A stretch of DNA of 64,000 nucleotides from Phoronis australis (Eukaryota; Animalia; Phoronida), in assembly GCA_002633005.1 (NCBI GenBank), contig NMRA01000018.1:1499531-1563530 (forward strand), read 5' to 3'. The translations under genes were made by a program, and so were the position numbers. The notes beneath the pieces are model-generated. The model was not told the DNA's origin. It saw only the letters and a program-made list of their open reading frames with translations, and ran no database searches. This document shows, one piece after another, positions 60,859 to 64,000 of the stretch. Position 1 is the stretch's first letter, and each line of letters opens with the position of its first letter.

Positions 60859-62635
60859 AAATTTAAAAAATTAATAGTAAAATAACGAGAGTATGTACAT
60901 GGCTGTAATTTACGAAAAGAGTTAATTTTAGTGATATCTTTCGATTGGCAAAGCTCAATTTGTGATCTAAGCAGGCGAAAGTAAAGGAAATAGTGACTTT
61001 AAAGCGCGCCTGGGCCCGAGATCGAAACAGCAAAACGTCAAGCTGCCGATGAAATTATTGAATTTAGATGAAGAGTTATCTTTTTCACAACTCGATGTGT
61101 TCATGAACCCAACTCACCTCACGGACCCTCGCCGTGTGCCGGTGACATGGACTGGGAGCATTTATGAGCACGAAGACGCACATCTCCCTCAGCAACAAAA
61201 CTACATTTCTTTAATGTTTTCCGTGGCATCTTTTTATGCTATGTACACCTCGTTGACTCATTACGATGGCGACTCACTGAATGAAAGGACTTGCCTTGTG
61301 GGTAGGCGATTACATCGCCCTGGATACCTCAGGCATACAGGGGCCATAGTACATCCCCACAAAAGTTAAGAATTTCAAAATACAAAAATAAAATGAAATG
61401 AAACATGCATACATGCACATGGAGTTATAATCAACACATACCATAAATCTGGAAACGAGTCAGTCAAGATAATTAGAACAAATCGATGAAAATCTGGGCG
61501 CGGTTTTCTCGAGTTTCTCTTACAGGGTGCCATTTTGAAGAACTTACGTGAAATCACGCATGTTGACGAATAAAAAAGCCCAAATGAAACAAATCTTACA
61601 AATTTCACCTGATACCTTCCCATGTTACATTTCAAGTCGGTCACGCGCCAGCGTCATGCACTTCGCTCAGTCTCGCACTAGCCTTTGCCTAACTCACGTG
61701 ACTCAGTTGAAATATTTTGTGGTTATCGCGTTTGTGGTGGAAAAGCTAACGATGACCAAAAGTGGAGTTGGAATTTGTCGCCAAAGTTACCTTAATTGTA
61801 GCTATACTTCATCGAAAAAATGTGTAGAATGAGTAGAAAGGAAAACCGAAGAAAGTGAGCACTTTTTTAAATCAGAGTTTTAAGTGTAGAATGTATTTTT
61901 GACCAGGTGAAAACTCCCAATCGGTGGCTGGATTTGGCCTTCCGCCCGTTTAAAATACACGGGACGAAATTCGTACAGAAAGTAATGGAAGTATTGTAGC
62001 CTCTAACCGGCCAACCAAGGGGCTACGTGTGGCATAGTCTGTGGGTACATACGTAACTGCCCACACGCAGGTACGGTACCATTCAGTAGTACCTTAGATT
62101 ATAGACAACAGATTCGCAACTCCGACATTTTCTTCCGAGCTATCCAAGAAGAGGCGCCACTCTCCTAAATTATCTGGTGCAGTTTCCGGTTAGGGTATTG
62201 TGACGGGAAATTCTCGCATCTATTTTACTGTCCAGTACAACAAAAGAAAAATAATACTTACGGCATTGAAACGCTGTGTTCGAAATCTTAAAATAGTAGA
62301 ATTGCTAGTATCGTGAGTACTTTTAGTTTTAGCAATGCTACTACCACCCGACCACACAACAGTCAACCAAGATTAGCAGACGACGTACTTGCCGGAAATA
62401 ACACCAGATAATTGGGCTAGGTGTCGTTAGTGATTAATGACGTAACGATGTGCGGATAAAAGTATACGGAGTTGGCGTAGAATGTTTGTCTAAACCCACA
62501 AAAATATCGCCACACTCGGTGTTTGCTAACAAAACTTTCATGAAGTTTTGATCTGGCGTGTGACGTTTGATAAAACGGTGCCAGGATGAATCGTCAGATA
62601 AAAAGTATTGATAACATCACCTGCGTCTTTTACAG

Positions 62636-62805
62636 CCAAGAAGAAGAACTACCCGATGAGATGGTGGCAACCTTGGTACTGGAGCAGTTTCCCTATTGAG
62701 TGTCGTGTGGCAAAGTGCAAATGTGACTTGAAGTCGGCCAAATGCTTCGCCAAATATCGTTTAAATCCGAAATATTACAATTATAATTTGAAGAAATGTA
62801 AATGA
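62636..62805 (+). CDS. Secreted phospholipase A2 (group I/II-like), terminal exon only
   Basis: cttttacag acceptor at phase 1. Reads ...IECRVAKCKCDLKSAKCFAKYRLNPKYYNYNLKKCK then a stop, matching the sPLA2 C-terminal C-x4-C-x-C-D-x5-C-F...YN..Y pattern with the catalytic Asp99. Exons for the Ca-loop and His48 were not found. Confidence 0.75.
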
Positions 62806-64000
62806 ACGTCAAAAGAACGTTGCACGTGCGAATTACCGTGAATAGTATACAATACAAATGGTTATTGAATGTTCCTGCTCATGTTTACAAAAATGGTTTC
62901 AAGCGAAATATACTGCAAAGTAGTTGCAGGATGGCAGACATGGCTCCCGTTCAGTAACGCTAAGACCTCGCTAAAAGCAAGACTGCGAGATTACGTGAGA
63001 TATTGTCGTGTATTTTAAATAAGAGCACGTGACTTTGGCTAGATTTTAGCTAGGTCCTAGCGTAGGTCCTGGCGTTTCTGAACGCACGCATGGTTTTACT
63101 CTGAACTAACTGTGGTTTCTTTTTCCAGGAATCTCAAAGTTTTTTTTTACAAAATGCCTAGGAGTTGAGAAAATGCCACAGTTGACTATAACTTCATAAA
63201 AAAGAGTTTGAGCTTTAGTACCTAACCCAACCAGTTGTGTTTCTTGAGAGTAAACATGAATCATTTTTGAAAAGAGCTGATGTGTCAAGGCCTACAGAAA
63301 GAAAACTGTTTCTGTACTTTGTACTGAGGAAATTGGGATCAATTTGAAGCAAAATGCAGTGGTTGAAAGAGAAGTTCCAGCTCTGTGGGGCATGCAAAAC
63401 TGTAAGTGGGCCATGCGAAACTGTAAGTGGGCCAGCTGAACTGAGGCTGAAAAAATATGCCTCGCTGCCTATTCTGATGTGCAATTAGAGTCAACTGTAG
63501 CACGTATTCTAGTTTTCGAGTCTTTAAAAGTAAAAGAAATTTTGAGATTGTAGGAAGCCATTTTCCGGCATTCATGTTTCAGAGTAATGTTTGTACAAAA
63601 TTACAGCTACATGTGTGCACGAACAACAAGCGTGCTCTTATAATGGGAGAGGGGACATTAGTGTTTAAAGAATCATAGCTTACCTGTAAGCTGACAACTC
63701 AAGTCACAGGCAATGTTCCATTTTTAATTCGCAATAAATCCTGAAGCCTATTGTGCCTACCGCGCCCCTCAGGGGATTTTTTGTTCACGGTAGTGAACCC
63801 AAGTGACATGTAGACGCCAGACATTTGGACATTTCATCAAAATGTCACGAGACTTTTCGGACCTGGTCCCGGGCTCTAATCTTTGCACTTGAATCCAAAC
63901 TAGAAATTGTTTTTTCGTTATATTCCTTTCTACTCACGTTAAGTGTGTATAGTTCTGTTTCTTTACGTAATACTTTATGTGAACGATTGTCTAATCCCAG

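Noticed and set aside
61049-61369. 106-aa ORF as an upstream PLA2 exon or a separate gene
   Set aside because: No signal peptide, YGCYCG loop or CC..HD motif, and no recognisable family.
63840-63885. Third hammerhead-like motif (minus strand ...CCCGGGACCAGGTCCGAAAAGTC)
   Set aside because: The core lacks a CTGA/TTGA box and stem II is imperfect; too degenerate to call.

Overview
This is AT-rich, intron-containing invertebrate animal DNA, not prokaryotic; the teashirt protein is of the protostome type, so a lophotrochozoan is likely, but the species cannot be identified. Four host genes are supported. (1) A teashirt/tiptop zinc-finger gene on the + strand has one ~3 kb coding exon (21639-24661); its first exon was not found. 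(2) A complete 12-exon TPX2 on the - strand (45368 to 29172, ~704 aa) lies tail-to-tail with teashirt. (3) Anamorsin/CIAPIN1 on the + strand is head-to-head with TPX2, with 5 coding exons at 48747-52993; the conserved last exon was not found. (4) The last exon only of a secreted phospholipase A2 lies at 62636-62805. Non-coding space holds many non-autonomous DNA transposons (Tc1/mariner-pogo-like, PIF/Harbinger, piggyBac-like, hAT-like and TTAA/Kolobok-like, several nested), a decayed Kolobok-like transposase and a LINE 3' relic. It also holds a 5'-truncated, inverted Penelope-like element with a hammerhead-ribozyme motif. Single-N junctions at 30711, 34734, 59709/59775 and 60618 are flanked by near-identical duplications that look like haplotype/assembly artefacts; one duplicates a TPX2 exon. 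I found no convincing wholly new biological system. The best leads are the Penelope hammerheads, a candidate TPX2 microexon, TPX2 CPE/CHR regulatory signatures, the unusual Tsh finger set and the basic, Trp-rich sPLA2. All family assignments come from reading the sequence by eye; no database search was run.
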